In this document: positions 1 through 14,260 of the stretch, piece after piece | How the letters are laid out: the number at the start of each line of letters is the position of its first letter | Numbering within the stretch: position 1 is the first letter of the stretch | Origin: Eledone cirrhosa | Taxonomy: Eukaryota | Length of the DNA: 64,000 nucleotides | Assembly: GCA_964016885.1 (NCBI GenBank) | Contig: OZ024745.1 | Coordinates: 104,346,001 to 104,410,000, forward strand | Reading direction: 5' to 3' | Notes under the pieces: model-generated | The model's input: only the letters and a program-made list of their open reading frames with translations | What the model was told of the DNA's origin: nothing | Databases searched by the model: none | Made by a program: the position numbers and the translations under genes

Positions 1-865
1 CCTCTGTGTTCAGAGAACATGACGCCGCCTGTGAGACGTGGAACCGGCTGGGACTTAGCCCAGTAGACGTCCCTCCTCCTTCTCCCCCTGTTGATGTCAA
101 GTCCCCCCAAAGCACTTGGGATGCCATCCAGTGCAGCCTGGTTTCAGACAGGCTCACGCGCCAGCTCGACCAGCACCGGCTTGCTTGTTTTCGTGCGGCC
201 TCCAAACTCCACAGTGGTGCCTGGCTCCATGCCCTGCCCTCCTTCTCCACTGGCACGCAGCTAGACTACCATAGCCTGCACATCGGCGTTTTCCTGAGGC
301 TCGGCTCCGGATCTGCCAGCCACACCAATGTCGCTGCGGTTCCACCGTGGACTCTTTCGGCCTCCACCCGCATTTCTGTCGCCACAGTGCCGGCCGCCTT
401 CCACACCATGCTGCCCTCAACGAGGTCATTAAGCATGGCTTGGACGCTGCAGGCTTCCCTTCCCAGCTGGAGCCGGTGGGGCTGGATCGAGGGGACGGCA
501 AAAGGCCAGATGGCATGACCATCTTCTCGTTCCGCGGTGGCAAACCCCTCGTCTGGGATGCCACTTGCCCCGACACTTTCTGCAGCCGCGACCTGGTGCA
601 GTCTGCGACTGATCCAGGTTTTGCTGCACGTCGGGCTGAGGGGGCCAAACTCTTCAAATACCGGTCGCTCTCCGACAGGTTGCGGTCGTAACGCTGGCAG
701 TGGAGACTTCTGATGTCCTCGGCCCCAGGGCTACCTCCTTACTCACCACCATAGGCGCTGAGCTGGCCAGCCGCAGGTGTGAGCCCCGCGAGTTGGAGTG
801 GATTTTCCAGCGCGTCTCCCTTGCCGTCCTCCGGGGAAACGCCTTCTCCATCCTGTCTGCCAGGG
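1..865 (+). mobile_element. CRE-clade non-LTR retrotransposon, 3' part (Zn knuckle + restriction-like endonuclease), frameshifted
   Basis: Translations show SGAWLHALP...RLG, a CxC..H..C knuckle, LEPVGLDRGDGKRPDG, VWDATCPDT, AEGAKLFKY, VETSxVLGP and FQRVSLAVLRGNA, which are motifs of CRE/RLE LINEs. Split over three frames. Confidence 0.85.
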
Positions 866-1646
866 CTGTGTGTGTGTGGGGGGAGGGGATCAAAACGTAT
901 CATTCCATATTTAAGTATGGTCAATGAAGAATATGTGCCAATAGCCGGCTGTGGTTGGATTTCATGTACTTTTGCATGTCGTTTGAGCCCTCCCATTATT
1001 ATATCATGTCTTTCAGTTTGTATAGGTATATATTATTTTTGTCACACCACACCAGACTGCTTTTAGTAATAACTTCGTTGAAGTTATTTCTCATCAAGAT
1101 ATACAATCTTGCCAGAAATTGACTGCGAATTCGGTACTGCAGTATACAGGTGGCAATTTGACGTCATATAAAATATCTTGCGTTATTTGATGTGAATCTC
1201 TACGCTCTGAGCTCAAATCCTGGAGAGGTCAACTTACCCTTTAATCTTTTTAGAGTGAATCAAATTAAGTACCAGTCTAAGTCAGAGGATTTGTGAAATT
1301 ATTATAGCGTCAAGTAAACTATCTTTTAATAAAATACAAACCCAGTACGTCTTGGTGAATGTTCATAACTATTTCAAATTTAGGCTCAAGGGCAGCAATT
1401 TATGGGTAGGGCAAATCGATTACACCGATCCCAGTAATAAAATAGCACTTTATCTTATCGACCCCGGTAAAGTTGAATTTGGCGGGATTTGAGCTCAGAA
1501 CGAAAAGAAGCTGGACAAATGTAGCTACACATTTGTGCAATACTAGCGACTCATAAATCGCTCATCTTTCGCCCTGTTGAACGTTCAGAGAATTCAGTGC
1601 TGAACTCATTAACAATAATAACTTTTCTAGTCAGATTTAGAACATA

Positions 1647-1885
1647 GCCTGAAGTAGAGTAAAATAAAATATTATCAGCTGTATACTGGCAGAAGTTTAA
1701 TTTTTTTTCTTTAATAAAATAGAAATATCCCACAGGGCATTTTTTTTTACTAGAATATATATATATATATTCATATATTCTAGTAAAAAAAATGCCCTGT
1801 GGTATATTTCTATTTTCTTAAAGAAATAAAATTAAACTTCTGCCAGTATACAGCTGATAATATTTTATTTTACTCTACTTCAGGC
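1647..1885. repeat. ~110 bp-arm inverted repeat centred on a (TA)n tract
   Basis: gcctgaagtagagtaaaataaaatattatcagctgtatactggcagaag... is mirrored by ...cttctgccagtatacagctgataatattttattttactctacttcaggc. Confidence 0.9.
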
Positions 1886-2501
1886 ATTGTTGCAGCATTA
1901 AAGAGGTTCTCAGCCTTGTGACACAAGTAACTCATTTCTTACGACTTTATATATCATTTTTATTTTTGGTATCATATATTACGTTTCATAGATATTTAGA
2001 AACAATATACTAGTATATGTGAGTGTATATCCATCTTTCAATGTTGGAAATATTCCAAGTTTCTACCAAATACTGCATAGCACTTTGTCCGGCTCTCTGA
2101 CGCCTCAACTCGCCGTCTTATTTTGTTAATAATTATGCCTAATTTAGACACAAGGCCAGCAATTTGTTTCGAGAGGTAAGTCGAGTATATCAACCCCAAT
2201 AGGTGCTTGATACTTTATTTTATCGACCTCAGAAGGATGAAAAGAAAAGTTGATTTTAACGGGATTTGAACCCAGAATGCAAGGTGCCAGAATAAATAGT
2301 GCAATGGCAAATGCAAATATTGCTAAGTATTTGCCAATCCACCGCCTTTATATGTTGTTCATAATGGTTTCTGATTTAAGCAGAAGGCCAACACATTTTT
2401 GGGAAGCGGAAAGTTTATTAAACCAACGCTCTAGCGATACTACCAACCAACAGCCTTATATGTTGTTAATAAAACAAAAAGACATATAATAGGAAACTTA
2501 C

Positions 2502-2731
2502 TTTGGAATTCCTCACCTCGACACTTATATTTTTTATCTGTTCCCAACAACCAGTCCTTTGAAACATTGATATTTTAGCTATTGAGTAGACGGCATCGAA
2601 GTAGAATGTAATCCAAGCCCCTTTGCCTTCTTTATCTGTTGTCCATTCTGTTACTTTATTGGAATCATAACTGGAATTACACATTCTGTCAACTCTGGGA
2701 GCACTTGACTGAGTACAATTAATAATATTGG
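2502..2731 (-). CDS. Host gene exon encoding a discoidin/F5-8 type C (galactose-binding-like) domain segment
   Basis: Acceptor tttttttatttaaag, donor gtaagt, phase 1 to 0. Encodes NIINCTQSSAPRVDRMCNSSYDSNKVTEWTTDKEGKGAWITFYFDAVYSIAKISMFQRTGCWEQIKNISVEVRNSK, matching the D...T.W....g.gAWI.i.F....I..I...QR pattern. Confidence 0.7.
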
Positions 2732-2789
2732 CTTTAAATAAAAAAAGTGAAAAGTATTAGTCAAATTGCATTTGTAATAATAAATTCAA

Positions 2790-2990
2790 AATTTGGTACA
2801 AGGCCAGTGATTTGAAGACAATGTAATGACAACCTCAGTACTTAACTGGTACTTTATTTTATCGACCCAGGAAGGATGAAAGGCTAAGTTTACCTCGACA
2901 GGATTTGAACTCACAAATTAAGGAGCCAGAATAAATACCCAGAGGCATTTCGTCTGGCGTTCTAACAATTCTACCAATCCACCACCCTCA
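2790..2990 (-). mobile_element. tRNA-derived SINE (Nin-domain-like family)
   Basis: Carries the ggtactttattttatcgacc..aaggatgaaaggc..gatttgaactc core shared by ~25 copies. Neighbouring copies at ~1145-1280, 1375-1560 and 2140-2350. Confidence 0.8.
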
Positions 2991-3040
2991 TTAACAACAA
3001 CAACTACTACTGGTACTACTACTACTACTACTACTACTAA

Positions 3041-6000
3041 TGATTTCATTTATTAGCCACAAGGGCCGACATATAGGGGACAATACAAAAGACTGGGACA
3101 GTGGGGTTTTACAGAAAAATCGAGTAAACAATATGAATAAACAAAGTAACAATAACAAAGTAACAATAAAGTAACAAGAAAATTACAAGAAGAAAACATT
3201 CCCCAATAGAGCGGATACCACCTCGGGTTCGCTCAGGTACCCCACCAGTCCTGAACGACCCGACGCTTCGAGAGCACCATGGAAGGGCACCCCTCTCCTC
3301 TTCAAATTTACCTACCTACAGCCGCATGACCAGAGTAGGCCCACTCACACGGGCCATTCTCGCCACATTTACCCACCTTTCAGCAAATGTACTGGGGGGC
3401 AGCACTTCTCTCTCCACCCTCACCTTCCTTTCCAAGTGAAACTTGAAAAAGTCGATGAGGGATTGGCCGAAGAAAAAAGTGTCTGTCTTCAGTCCTTTCA
3501 ACCTCGTCCACCATACAACCTCTTTCGCTACTGCCACCAGACAGAGGAAAATTGCCTGCCCTTCCTGGCCAAAAGAAGGCGGCGGGTCGATCTTCACTAT
3601 GGACTCGGCCGATAGCCGGACCCGTTCTACACGCGACAACAGCTGTTCAACATAACTCCACAAGTCAGTAATGCACGGACACTGGACGAGTGCGTGCAGA
3701 ACGGTTTCGTCGCTCTGAGCGCATCTCGGGCAGGTCCGTCTGACAGCACGTCCGTGCCAGTTGAGTTTTCTCGAACCGGTAGTGCCCCCCGGTAGCACTG
3801 CCAAGCGAGGGATTTTTGGAAATTATCCATCGTCCCCGGCTCGAAAGTCCTCCGGTACAGACTTTTTAGTTCGACTTCGTTGACTCCCAGAGCCTCTCCG
3901 AGTGCGTCGTCGCACTTGCCCACCACTAATCCTCTATAGAACTCGAGAGTGGAAGTTCCACTGACCGCATTGCCCGCCTGGTAAATGGCAGTGAGTGCCT
4001 GGCAACATTGCAGATGCCAGTCACCCAGTCTCGGTCTCTTGTTGACCCAGGATTGCAACTCAGTCAAAGAAACGAGCTGCGGAAAGGCCCGTCTGACAAA
4101 CGGCGACCACACCTGTTCACCGTTTAGGCAGAATATCTGGAGATGCCGCAGCCTCAACGCGTGCCTGCGCATCATTAGCCACGGCATGCCCAGCCCTCCA
4201 CGTAGATGGTACTGGCAGCAGATGGACCGCCTCACCAGCGGAACCTGACCCCTCCACAAGAATTTGAAGAGGAGCCGCTCCAAGATGGCGAGGCGCGAAC
4301 GGGGGCAAGGGACGGCAGTCAGACGGTAGTAGATGTACGCGTTCGCCACCTCCGCCCGACCTTTCAGTGATAGCTTCATCCCAGCCCATTTCTGGGTGAG
4401 ACTGACTACCCTGCCCGTCACCTCGTCCCAATTCTTATCCACCTGGAGGTCTGGCCCGAACCAACCCCCTAGCAACTTTACCGGTCCGTCCGTCCAGCGC
4501 CTAACGACGCTGTTGGACGGCATGGACTTGCCTCTCCAGGTGCCGAGTTGCAAGCCCACTGACTTTTCCGGGTTAAGTTTTGCTCCCGTTAACCTTTCAT
4601 ATTCCTCCAATAAGTTGCCGACCACCTCGATTTCTGAGGTGTCCGATACCATCACCGTGATGTCGTCCGCATAAGTCGACACAGCCTTTCCGCGTCCCGG
4701 TTCGAGCGGGATGCCCTGCAACAGCTCCAGCTTCCGCAGTAAAGGCTCGAGAGTCAATACGTACAGAAGGGAGGAGAGAGGGCACCCTTGACAGACCGAT
4801 CGGGAGACCTGAAACGGTTCCGAGAGGTGGCCATTAATTTTGACCATCGAGCAGGTGCCGCTGTACATTGCAGCGATCCAGCTTCTGAAGACGGGGCCGA
4901 AGCCAGCCGCCTTGAGGACAGCCTCCAGGTACCGATGGTCGACCCTATCGAATGCTTTCGATTGATCTAAATTGATCAGAGCCCCACCGAAGCCAGGTTT
5001 ACATCCTACCCTCTCTATGATGTATCGCATTAGGTGGAGGTTGTCGTGTATGGACCTGGTTGGGATTGCGCAAGTTTGCACCTCCCCACCAAATCCCCGA
5101 CGACAAGCGCCAACCTCTTCGCTAACACCCTGGCCAAAATCTTAAACTCTGTGTTGAGCAGAGTTATGGGCCTGAAAGTGTCTAATGTGTCCCTCTTGTT
5201 CTCGTCTTTCCTTATCAGCGTCACTACGCCCCGGCTCACAGAACTGGGAATACTCCCGTTGTGCTGCCAGTTGCAGTAGACCGCTTCGAGGAGATTGGAG
5301 AACAAGTCTGGCATATTTACGTAAAGCTCGTAGGGCAGACCATCCAAACCGGGTGACTTGCGCCTCATGCAGCCTACAAGGGCATCCTGAATCTCGGCTG
5401 AAGTAATTGGCCTTTCGCAGCGCCCAGCGTCAGCCGTCGAGAGTTGCGGCAAGCCATCGAGGTAGGGACTGAAGTCCGCCACCATCTCTGACCCGCCACT
5501 TCCCTCGAACAACCGAGCTAAATGTTGGCGAAAGGCCTCACACATCCTCTTGGAATCGCTCAGCTCGGGCCCATCTCGGTCCGTCAAAGACCGAATCGTG
5601 GTTTTATTACCACGCTGCGCCTCTGCCACGCGGGCCCATCGAACAGCTTTGGTTCCCTCGTTTCTCAGAGCATGCGCCTTAGGTCTGACAATGCAACCTT
5701 CGTGTTTCGCATTGAAGAAATGGTCTAATGCCATTCTCGCCGCTAGCACATCAGTTGCAATGCCACTACCAATAGCCTCGTCTAACTTATCTACCAACTC
5801 TCCCTCCTTTCTATTTTTCTCTAATGCTACTTCTTTGCTAAACTCTATCGACATTACTCTAATCTCTCTTTTGAGAGCCCCCCACCATCTATTGTTGACG
5901 ACTCCCCCTGTCAACTTTTTCTTAACTAAATTGTTGACCTGGTCCCTGTAAGCTTTACGTGCCGGAAATGACATGTTTAGCTTCCAGTAATCAGGTCCTA

Positions 6001-8871
6001 ACCTACGCGTCTTATCTAGGTCGACCATACAGATCACAAACTTGTGATCTGAATAGGCGACCGTTTCAAAACGTGGACAGCTTACACTATTTCTGTCTAT
6101 TTTCCTAATGAGTATCCTGTCTATATACGATCTAGATGACCCTATGCGGTTATCCCAGGTCCACACTGGCGCATTAGGGAAATCTAGTCGGTACCTGTCA
6201 GACAGTTGGAACTGGCTGATTAGGTTCTTGAGGCTTTTGCAGCCCCCGCTCCTATCGGATACTCCCACACAGTCCCAGCGTGCGTCTAAGATGCCGTTCC
6301 AGTCCCCCGCTAACAGTAAAGGACGAGACGTACCCAGAAAGGCTTCCAGGCGTCTAAAGAAGTCCGGCCGTCCTGCCCCAGTAGGAGCATAGACGGCCAC
6401 CAGTCTAAAGGCACCACCTTCATTATTGTTTACGTCTAGGACCACCAACTTCCCGTCCGGGTCCCGAAAAATCGACCTTACCTCGAGATCCAAGCCTTTC
6501 CTAAACAGTACTGCCACCCCGCCTCCCATTCCCGGTTGGCTAACAGATGCAAAGATCTGATAGTCGTCGAAAATGGGGGCTAGTGCGCGCGTGTCGGAAA
6601 TCCTGGTCTTGCTGACTGCAATTACATCCATTTCTATAGACCTGAGGTCGTTGAGCAGGTGACCCTGCTTCCAGGACGATCCCAGGCCTCGAATATTTAA
6701 ACATCCTACTCTTAATACGGCCATGTCGGCGGGTTAAACAGAGAGAGAGGAAGGTTTACTTACCTTCCGGGCTCTTGTGAAGGTCGGGTTGTTCGACCTC
6801 CATAGTTAGTGGGGTTTCTTTTGGGAACCCCTTTAAAAGTCTTGAAGTGGGTTTTACGTTCGGGGTTCCCACGTCCCGAGGAAAGCTGTCTCGTATTTCT
6901 TTGAATATGTCGAGCGACATTCGCACCAGAACCAAATCTTCCGGCACGCGAAATGTGCTCGATTTAAACATTTCCCCCTCTTTTTGTATATTTTCACTTC
7001 GTGCTACGAGGGCCATCAGTTCCTTGTTGGCCCTCCTGACGAGCACGAAGTTTTGTATGTTTTGTTGGTGTGATTTTATTTGTTTGCATGGCTGTGGTGG
7101 TGATGGTTTTGGTGGTGTTGTTTCGGTTGTATCTGTGTTTGTTGTGAGTGCGATGTCTGTGATTTCAGATGTTTGTGTGTATATTTGTTCTTGCGTCTGT
7201 TTCGGTTGTTTTGGTTTGGGGGATTCTGGTGATGGTGATGGTGGTTTTGATGTTGGTGTTATTGGAGAGATGTCTGCGTTATTTATTGTGGGTGCTTTTG
7301 TGCTTTGTTGAGTTTTTTTTTTCTTTTTGTGTTTCCTTTTTTGTATTTTGGGGAATTTTGGATTTCCCTCATTTTCACTACTGGTAGATGAGGGGTCTGT
7401 GTCTGTAAGTGTGTCTGTATGTATGTTTAAGGTTTTATTGGTGTGTGTATTTTTGGTGGGAGGGGGAATTTGACAGCTTTCCTCGTTTCCCCCCTGGTTG
7501 GTTGTGGTCCTCGCCCCGGCGTCGGCAGCCTTTCGACCCCTTGCTTCTTTCAGCAGTTGAGGGCAGAAGGCTCGCAGAAGGCTCGCAAATGGGTTTTTTC
7601 CCCACAAACAAAACACTGCGGCCTTTCGCCTTCGGTCATAATGTGAATGACATAATGTGAGTCCCATTTTGAAGGCGGATGTGGTCTGGGATTGTCTTCA
7701 CATTGTCGGGCCTGATCTGGAGAAGGATCTCCAGGTCAACCCCGGACCAGTCCTCTCTGGCCGTTCTGGTCACTTCTATAGGGACTGTATCTGTCCCCTC
7801 CACAATCACACATCCCAGAAGCCACCACATGTCAAGTCCTGGTGGGATTCTGGGAATGCGGAGACGGGCCATTCTTTTTCCCATGTGGGAGGGGTACATT
7901 ATGACCTTGCTGGTTTTGCAAGGAGTCATAGCGTGTTTCATAGCGAGGGCTTCTGACTTGAACAACACCGAAATGGTGCCGTACTGTCTGCTCCTCTCTA
8001 TGTACCGGGTGTCTTCTCTGATGCACCTCAGCGCGACTTCGACATCTTCTTGTGGGATTAACGCTGCCCTTTTGGTTTGTGCTGAGATGCATCTATAATG
8101 CACCGTTTTGCGCTCCACTGCCTCAATAGCTTCTACCGGGACAGTTAAGTTGGCCCAAGTTTGCTCTTGCTTGATGAGCTTCCATGCCTGGGCCAACTTT
8201 TCATCTTTGTTTGAGAAGTCCATGTTGAAGCATGGCCTCTTTTTTGCTGCTGCCGCAGCGAAAGTGGTCTTGTTTTCGTTGGGGGTGTTGTTGACGTTGT
8301 TCTTGTTGGTGTTGTTGTTAGCACTGTCGCTGTTATCATTGTTGTCTTTGTTGCCACTGTTGTTCTCGGTGCAGTTGGTATTGTTGCTGTTGGTGTTGTC
8401 GCTATTTGTTTTCATGTTAGTGGTGTTGATATTGTTGTTGTATTTGTTATTTTTTTTTTTTTGTTATCTGTATTTTCGTTGTCGCTGTTACTGTCATTTT
8501 TTTCAAAATTAGAGTTCTTATTGGTATCATTGGTGTCTTTGTTTACCTTGTTTGTGGTGGTGTTTGTTTTATCAATGTGTGTTAATTTCGCTGTAGCGCT
8601 CCTCTCGACCTCTACGTCGTTGTCGCACGACAGCCGGCATATGGCTGGGGGGCGTGGCTCAGCCATGTTTTTTTTTCTTCGTAAATTTTTTAACATGTAA
8701 AAAAAGTTCAAATATTTGGGCCAAAAGGCCCAAATATTATACTTTCCCCTTCACGGGGCAAAGTCTAAAGGCTTATATCCCTTACACAACAAGAAATATT
8801 TAACAACAAATAATTTAAACAGGCAAATAAAGCGACTTACTGTGAGCGAGCAAAATACGTCCGCTTAGACC
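3041..8871 (-). mobile_element. Tx1-like LINE copy 1, near full length, frameshifted (ORF1 ~8666-6756; ORF2 APE+RT 6724-3316)
   Basis: APE motifs (LNIRGL, VYAP, GDWN, IDRI, SDH), RT motifs (KSPGLDG, FRPITLLN, LDQSKAFDRVDH, QGCPLS, YADD) and a C-terminal CPRC..ETVLHALVQC zinc finger. ORF1 has a CCHC knuckle. Confidence 0.92.
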
Positions 8872-8892
8872 AATAATAAGAATAATAATAAT

Positions 8893-11800
8893 GCTTTCTT
8901 TACTAATCACAAGGGTTTACATAAAGTAGACATTAAGGACAATACCGGATGGTACAAATGGGCATTTCTGCGTGTAAAAAAACAGAGGATGTAATAAAAA
9001 AAATAACAATGAAAAATTCCCCAATAGTGGGGAGACTTCCGAGGGACATTTGTGGAAAAAGCCCATTAAAAGGCCACAGTGACCCTGACCACCAGAGCAA
9101 GTGTCCTCTCCCAGTTTTCCACCTTTAATTTACAGACACATACTCAGAGTAGGCCTATTCACTCGGGCCATACTTGCTTCTCTCACCCATCTTTCAACAA
9201 AATGGTGGGAAGAGAGCACTTCCCTCTCTACCCTGATTTTCCTTTTCAAATGAAATTTGAAAAAGTTACTCAGGGCATCACCGAAGAGGTAAGTGCTCGT
9301 CTTCAGCCCTTTCAAACGTGTCCACCATACTATCTCTTTCGCCATGGCCACCAGACAGATAAAAACTGCCTGCCCTTCCCGGCTAAAGGAGGAGGGCGGG
9401 GCAATGCTCACGATGGACTCAGCTGATAGCTGGATCCGTCCTACACGTGACAGCAGGTGTTCGACATAAACCCACAAGTCAGTAATGCTCGGACACTGGA
9501 CGAGTGCGTGCAGGACGGTTTCGTCGCCCTGCACGCATCTCGAACATGCCCGGCCGACGGCACCTCCATACCTGTAGAGTTTATCCCGAGCTGACAAAGC
9601 TCCTCGGTAGCACTGCCAGGCCAAGGATTTCTGGAAGTTGTCCATAGGCCCCGGCCCGAAAGTCCTTCCGAAGAGATTGGTTAGTTGTTTTTCGTCGACG
9701 CCTAGAGTTTCTCCAAGTACGTCGTCGCTCTTCCCCTCCACTAATCCTCTATAGAACGCCAAGGTGGAGTTTCCACCGATCACATTGCCCGATTGGTCGA
9801 GGGCTGTGAGCGCCTGAAGACATTCCAATCTCCAAGCGCTCCCTCTCGGTCTTCGCTTGACCAAGGACTGCAGCTCCGTCACGGAGATGAGCTGGGGAAA
9901 GACGTGTCTAGCAAACGGCGACCACACCTGATCACCGTCGAGGAAGAGGTGGAGATGTCGTAGCCTCAGAGCATGTCTGCGCATCATCAGCCACGGCATA
10001 TCCAGCCCTCCACGTAGCGGGTGTTGACAGCATATGGACCGCCTGACCATCGGAGCGCGTCCCTTCCACAAAAGGCGAAAGAGCAAACGCTCCAGCGCAG
10101 TCAGGGGGGCTTAGGGCAAAGTACGAGGGTCAGGCGGTAGTAGATGACGGACGCGATGTACGCGTTAGCCACCTCCGCTCGACCTTTCAGGGATAGCTTC
10201 CTCTCCGCCCATTTCTGGGTGAGAGAAGCCACCCTGCTCGTCACCTCGTCCCAGTTTTTGTCCGTCTGGAGGTCCGGACCGAACCAGACCCCTAGCAATT
10301 TAACCGGTCCGTCCGTCCAGCGCCCGACGACGCTGTTGGACGGCATGGATCTGCCTCTCCAGGTGACGAGCTGCAGGCCCACTGACTTTTCCTGGTTGAT
10401 CATTGCTCCTGTCACCGCTTCGTATTCTCTTAGTGTAGTGCCTATCGCCTCGATGTGTTTGACGTTCGACACCACTACGGTGACATCGTCCGCATATGCT
10501 GACACGGATCTTCCGCATCCTAGTTCGAGCGGGACCCCCTCAACGTCTCCAGTTTGTGCAGTAATGGCTCGAGAGTCAATACGTACAAGAGGGACGAGAG
10601 GGGACATCCTTGGCGGACCGAGCGCATGATGTTGAACGGTTCCGAAAGGTGACCGTTCACTCTTACCACAGAGCGGATGTCGCTGTGCATGGCAGCGATA
10701 CAACCTCTGAAGACGGGCCCAAAGCCAGCCGCCCTCAGTTACTGCCGCTAGGGAGCGATGGTCGACCCTATCGAAAGCTTTCGAGTGATCTAAATTGATC
10801 AAGGACCCACCCGTGCCAGGTTCCCTAGCTACCCACTCTACGATGTATCGCATGAGGTGGAGGTTGTAGTGGATGGATCTGTCGGGAATGGCGCATGTCT
10901 GCGCGTCTCCCACCAGACCACCAACGACAAGCGCCAACCACTTTGCTAGCACCTTGGCCAAAATTCTTCCTCTGCTCTGTTTTTCTCTATTGCTAAAGCC
11001 TTACTAAACCTAATGGACTCTATTCTAATTGCTCTTTTCAGAGCAAACCACCACTTGTTGTTGACGATGGCCCCCGTCAACGCCCGCTTAGCTAGTTTGC
11101 TAATCCGGTCTCTGTAGGCCTTGCGCGCTGGTAAGGACGCGTTTAGCTTGCAGTAGCCGGGTCCTCGTCTATGAAGCCTATCTAAGTCAAGCACACAGAT
11201 CACGAATTTGTGGTCCGTGTAGCTGACTATCTTGAATTGTGGACAGCCTATGCTAGACCTATCTATTTCCCTACAAAATACCCTATCTAGATATGATCTG
11301 GATGACCCTATGCGATTTGTCCAAGTCCACATTGGCACATTCGGGAAATCCAATCGGTACCTGTCAGACAGTTCAAAACGCCTGAGCAGGTTAGTGAGGC
11401 TCTTGCACCCTCGTCCCCTATCCGCTAATCCCACACAGTCCCAGCGTGGATCTAAGATCCCGTTCCAGTTGCCCACTAACCCACTAACTCTAAAGAGCGG
11501 GAAGAAATCAGGCCGCCCTGCTCCTGTCGGGGCATAGACGGCCACTAGCCTGAAAGCTTGCCCGTCTCCGCTGGTCAATCCTAGCACCACCAACTTACCT
11601 TCTGGGTCCAGGAAGATGGCCCGTATGGCGAGATCCAAACCTCTCCGAAAAAGCACAGCAACTCCCCCCCCCCCCCGATCCCGGACGGCTGGGAGATGCG
11701 TACACATCGTAGCCACCGAAGATCGGTGCGAAGGCCCGTGCTTCGGAGATTCTGGTCTCGCTGATGGCCACTACATCTATGTTTAGTGACCTGAGGTCGT

Positions 11801-14004
11801 TGAGCAGGTGGCCCTACTTCCGTGACGACCCCAAGCCACGCGCATTTGTGCTGCCTATTCTGAGTGAGGTCATGTTGAAATGGAGTGGAAAAGATGGGAA
11901 AGACCACTTACCTTACTTCTCGTAGAGAAAGGATGGTTTCTCCATCCTTTTCACTGCTTGTGGCCTCCTCCGGAAGGATGTCCTTATAAATCCTCCTGGA
12001 GAGTGCTTGTCGGAAGCCTCCGATGTCTTTGGGGAATTTTTGTTTTAGTGCCGTGTACGTTTTCTGTGTGATGCGAGTGATTTGTATGTGTGGAGGTGGT
12101 GTGAACTTTTGGGTTGCTGTGTAGTCTTTTTCTGTGATGCTGGTGTTGTGTTGGATGTAGTGTAATAATTGGTTGTTGTTCAAATTTAATGTTGTGTAGT
12201 GTGTATCGTTTTGGTTGTTTTGTTTTGTTTGCGTTTGTTGTGGGTTTGTTTCTGTTTCGCTATTTGGTGACTTTTGTGGTGTTGGGGTTAGTGATGGTGA
12301 TGGTGTTGGTGTTTGTGGTGATGGGGTTGGTGATGCTGGTGTGGATGTTGGCATATCTGTCCTAACTTTTTTGTTCGATAGTTTATTTGTTTCCCTCTCT
12401 ATTTTGTTTTTGGAGGGGGAAGGAAGAGAATTTTTTTCTTTTTTTGGTTTCTTTTTTTTCTTTTTTCCTGATACCGTTTCCCACTCCTCGTCGTCACAAT
12501 CTGTCTCCAGTTGTAATAGGCCGGGGAGTGGAAAATCCTCCACAGGCGTTAGTTTTGGTTGTGGTGTGGTGGATGGTGTAGGCGCTGGTGCTAGTTCTGG
12601 CGCGTTGAGTGGTGGTGGTGTTGGTTTTGATACTGTTGCTGAGGTTGTTGCTGTTACAGTTGCTTCTGCTGTTGCTGCTACAGTTGTTGTTGCCATCTCT
12701 GCTGCTGGTGGTGTTGATGGTTGAGTCACTGGGGTGGGTAAGAGAGGTGGCCTCAACATTTTAGCCTGAGGGCAGAAAGCCCTTAGGTGGGTTCCTTCAG
12801 CACAAACGACACACCTAGGCCTTCTGCCCTCGACGATTACGGTGAGGGCTGCCGTCAGTGAGGTCTATTACCTCTGGGATCTCCTCAATGCTTTTTTGGT
12901 CCGCTTGGATCAGGAGCTCCATCCCAGATCCGGACCAGTTCTTCTGCTTTTCTTTCGCTATTTCGATTATCTTGGTGTTGGCTTGGATGCCGGCGAGCAC
13001 GGCAGCTATTAGCCAGGGAATTTCGATGGCCGGTGGAACGTGGGTCACCCTGATCTTTACGAGTCTCTGGCCACAATAGCTTGGGACGAGTGTGAAGTCG
13101 TCACTTCTTAATGGGGCCATGGAGTGTTCTCTAGCCTCCTGTGGTGTTTCAAAGAACACGTCCACGGTTCCATATTTCTGCCCACTTCTGATGTGGGGTT
13201 TTTTTGCCCACACATGTCCCAAAGCTTTTTGGATTTGGGACTCGGATGCCCATTCCACTCGGCGCGATTTTATGTTAATTGTTCTATAAGACACGGTGCA
13301 TAGGCGCCGATGCTCCATTTTATTAGGTGTGTGTGTGGGGGGGAAGGCTGACCCTGTACCCATCTTTCTTTACCATTTTTTGGCTTCTAATTCCTCCTGA
13401 GTTACCTGAAATGCTTCGCACTGTTTTGCTACTCAGGCAAAACTCAGGGTGGTTTTCTTAATTTCATTGTTGTTGTTATCGTTATTTTTGTTATTGTTAA
13501 TTTTAGTGTCAGTTGTGGTGGTGGTGGCGTCAGTGGTGTTCGGTGTGGAAGAGTTCATTTTGGTTGAATTCATTTCGATATCACGAGTTAGTTTATTTTT
13601 TTCTTTTGTTTCTGTTGTCGCGGTGGTGGTGGCGGCTTTAACACCTGCAGTCATTGGTAATGGCGGGAAATGAATGTCTGCCTGAGACAAATTTAAAATA
13701 TTGCTACTGCTTATATTTTTAGTGTTGGCAAACGTAGTGGTGGTGTCGGTGTGAGGTGTTAGTTTGTGAGGAAGGAGTAACTCTGAATCATCCATGATTT
13801 TTCAAAGAAACATTTTTGTTTGATAATTATAAAAGTTTAAATTTTGGGCTCAAGACCCCAATCTTTTTGGGTGTCCTTTTCAGATAACAATGTATGTGCA
13901 CATATATACAGTTAACAATAAAAAATTTCCATGAATGGCAATTTTAAACAACTGAAAATAACAAACCTTTGCGGAGCTCACAATGATTTACTACGTAGGT
14001 CGCC
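8893..14004 (-). mobile_element. Tx1-like LINE copy 2, internally deleted between EN and RT (~10968)
   Basis: Same APE/RT/zinc-finger motifs as copy 1. ORF1 remnants at 13795-11908. Distinct 5' UTR. (TAA)n on both sides. Confidence 0.9.
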
Positions 14005-14069
<65 letters not shown>

Positions 14070-14248
14070 TAATTGTTTCTACTTTTGGCACAAGGCCAGC
14101 AATTACCCAGTTCATTACTGGTACTTTATTTTATCGACCCGGTAAGGATGAAAGGCAAAGTTAACCTCGACGGGATTTGAACTCAGACCGTAAAGGGACG
14201 TAACTATACTGGAAAGCATGACGTCCGACCCTCTACCGATACTACCAA
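14005..14248 (-). mobile_element. SINE with long (TTA)n tail between Tx1 copies 2 and 3
   Basis: (AAT)n at 14005-14070 followed by the SINE core aattgtttctacttttggcacaaggccagc...gatttgaactcag. Confidence 0.85.
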
Positions 14249-14260
14249 AATAATAATAAT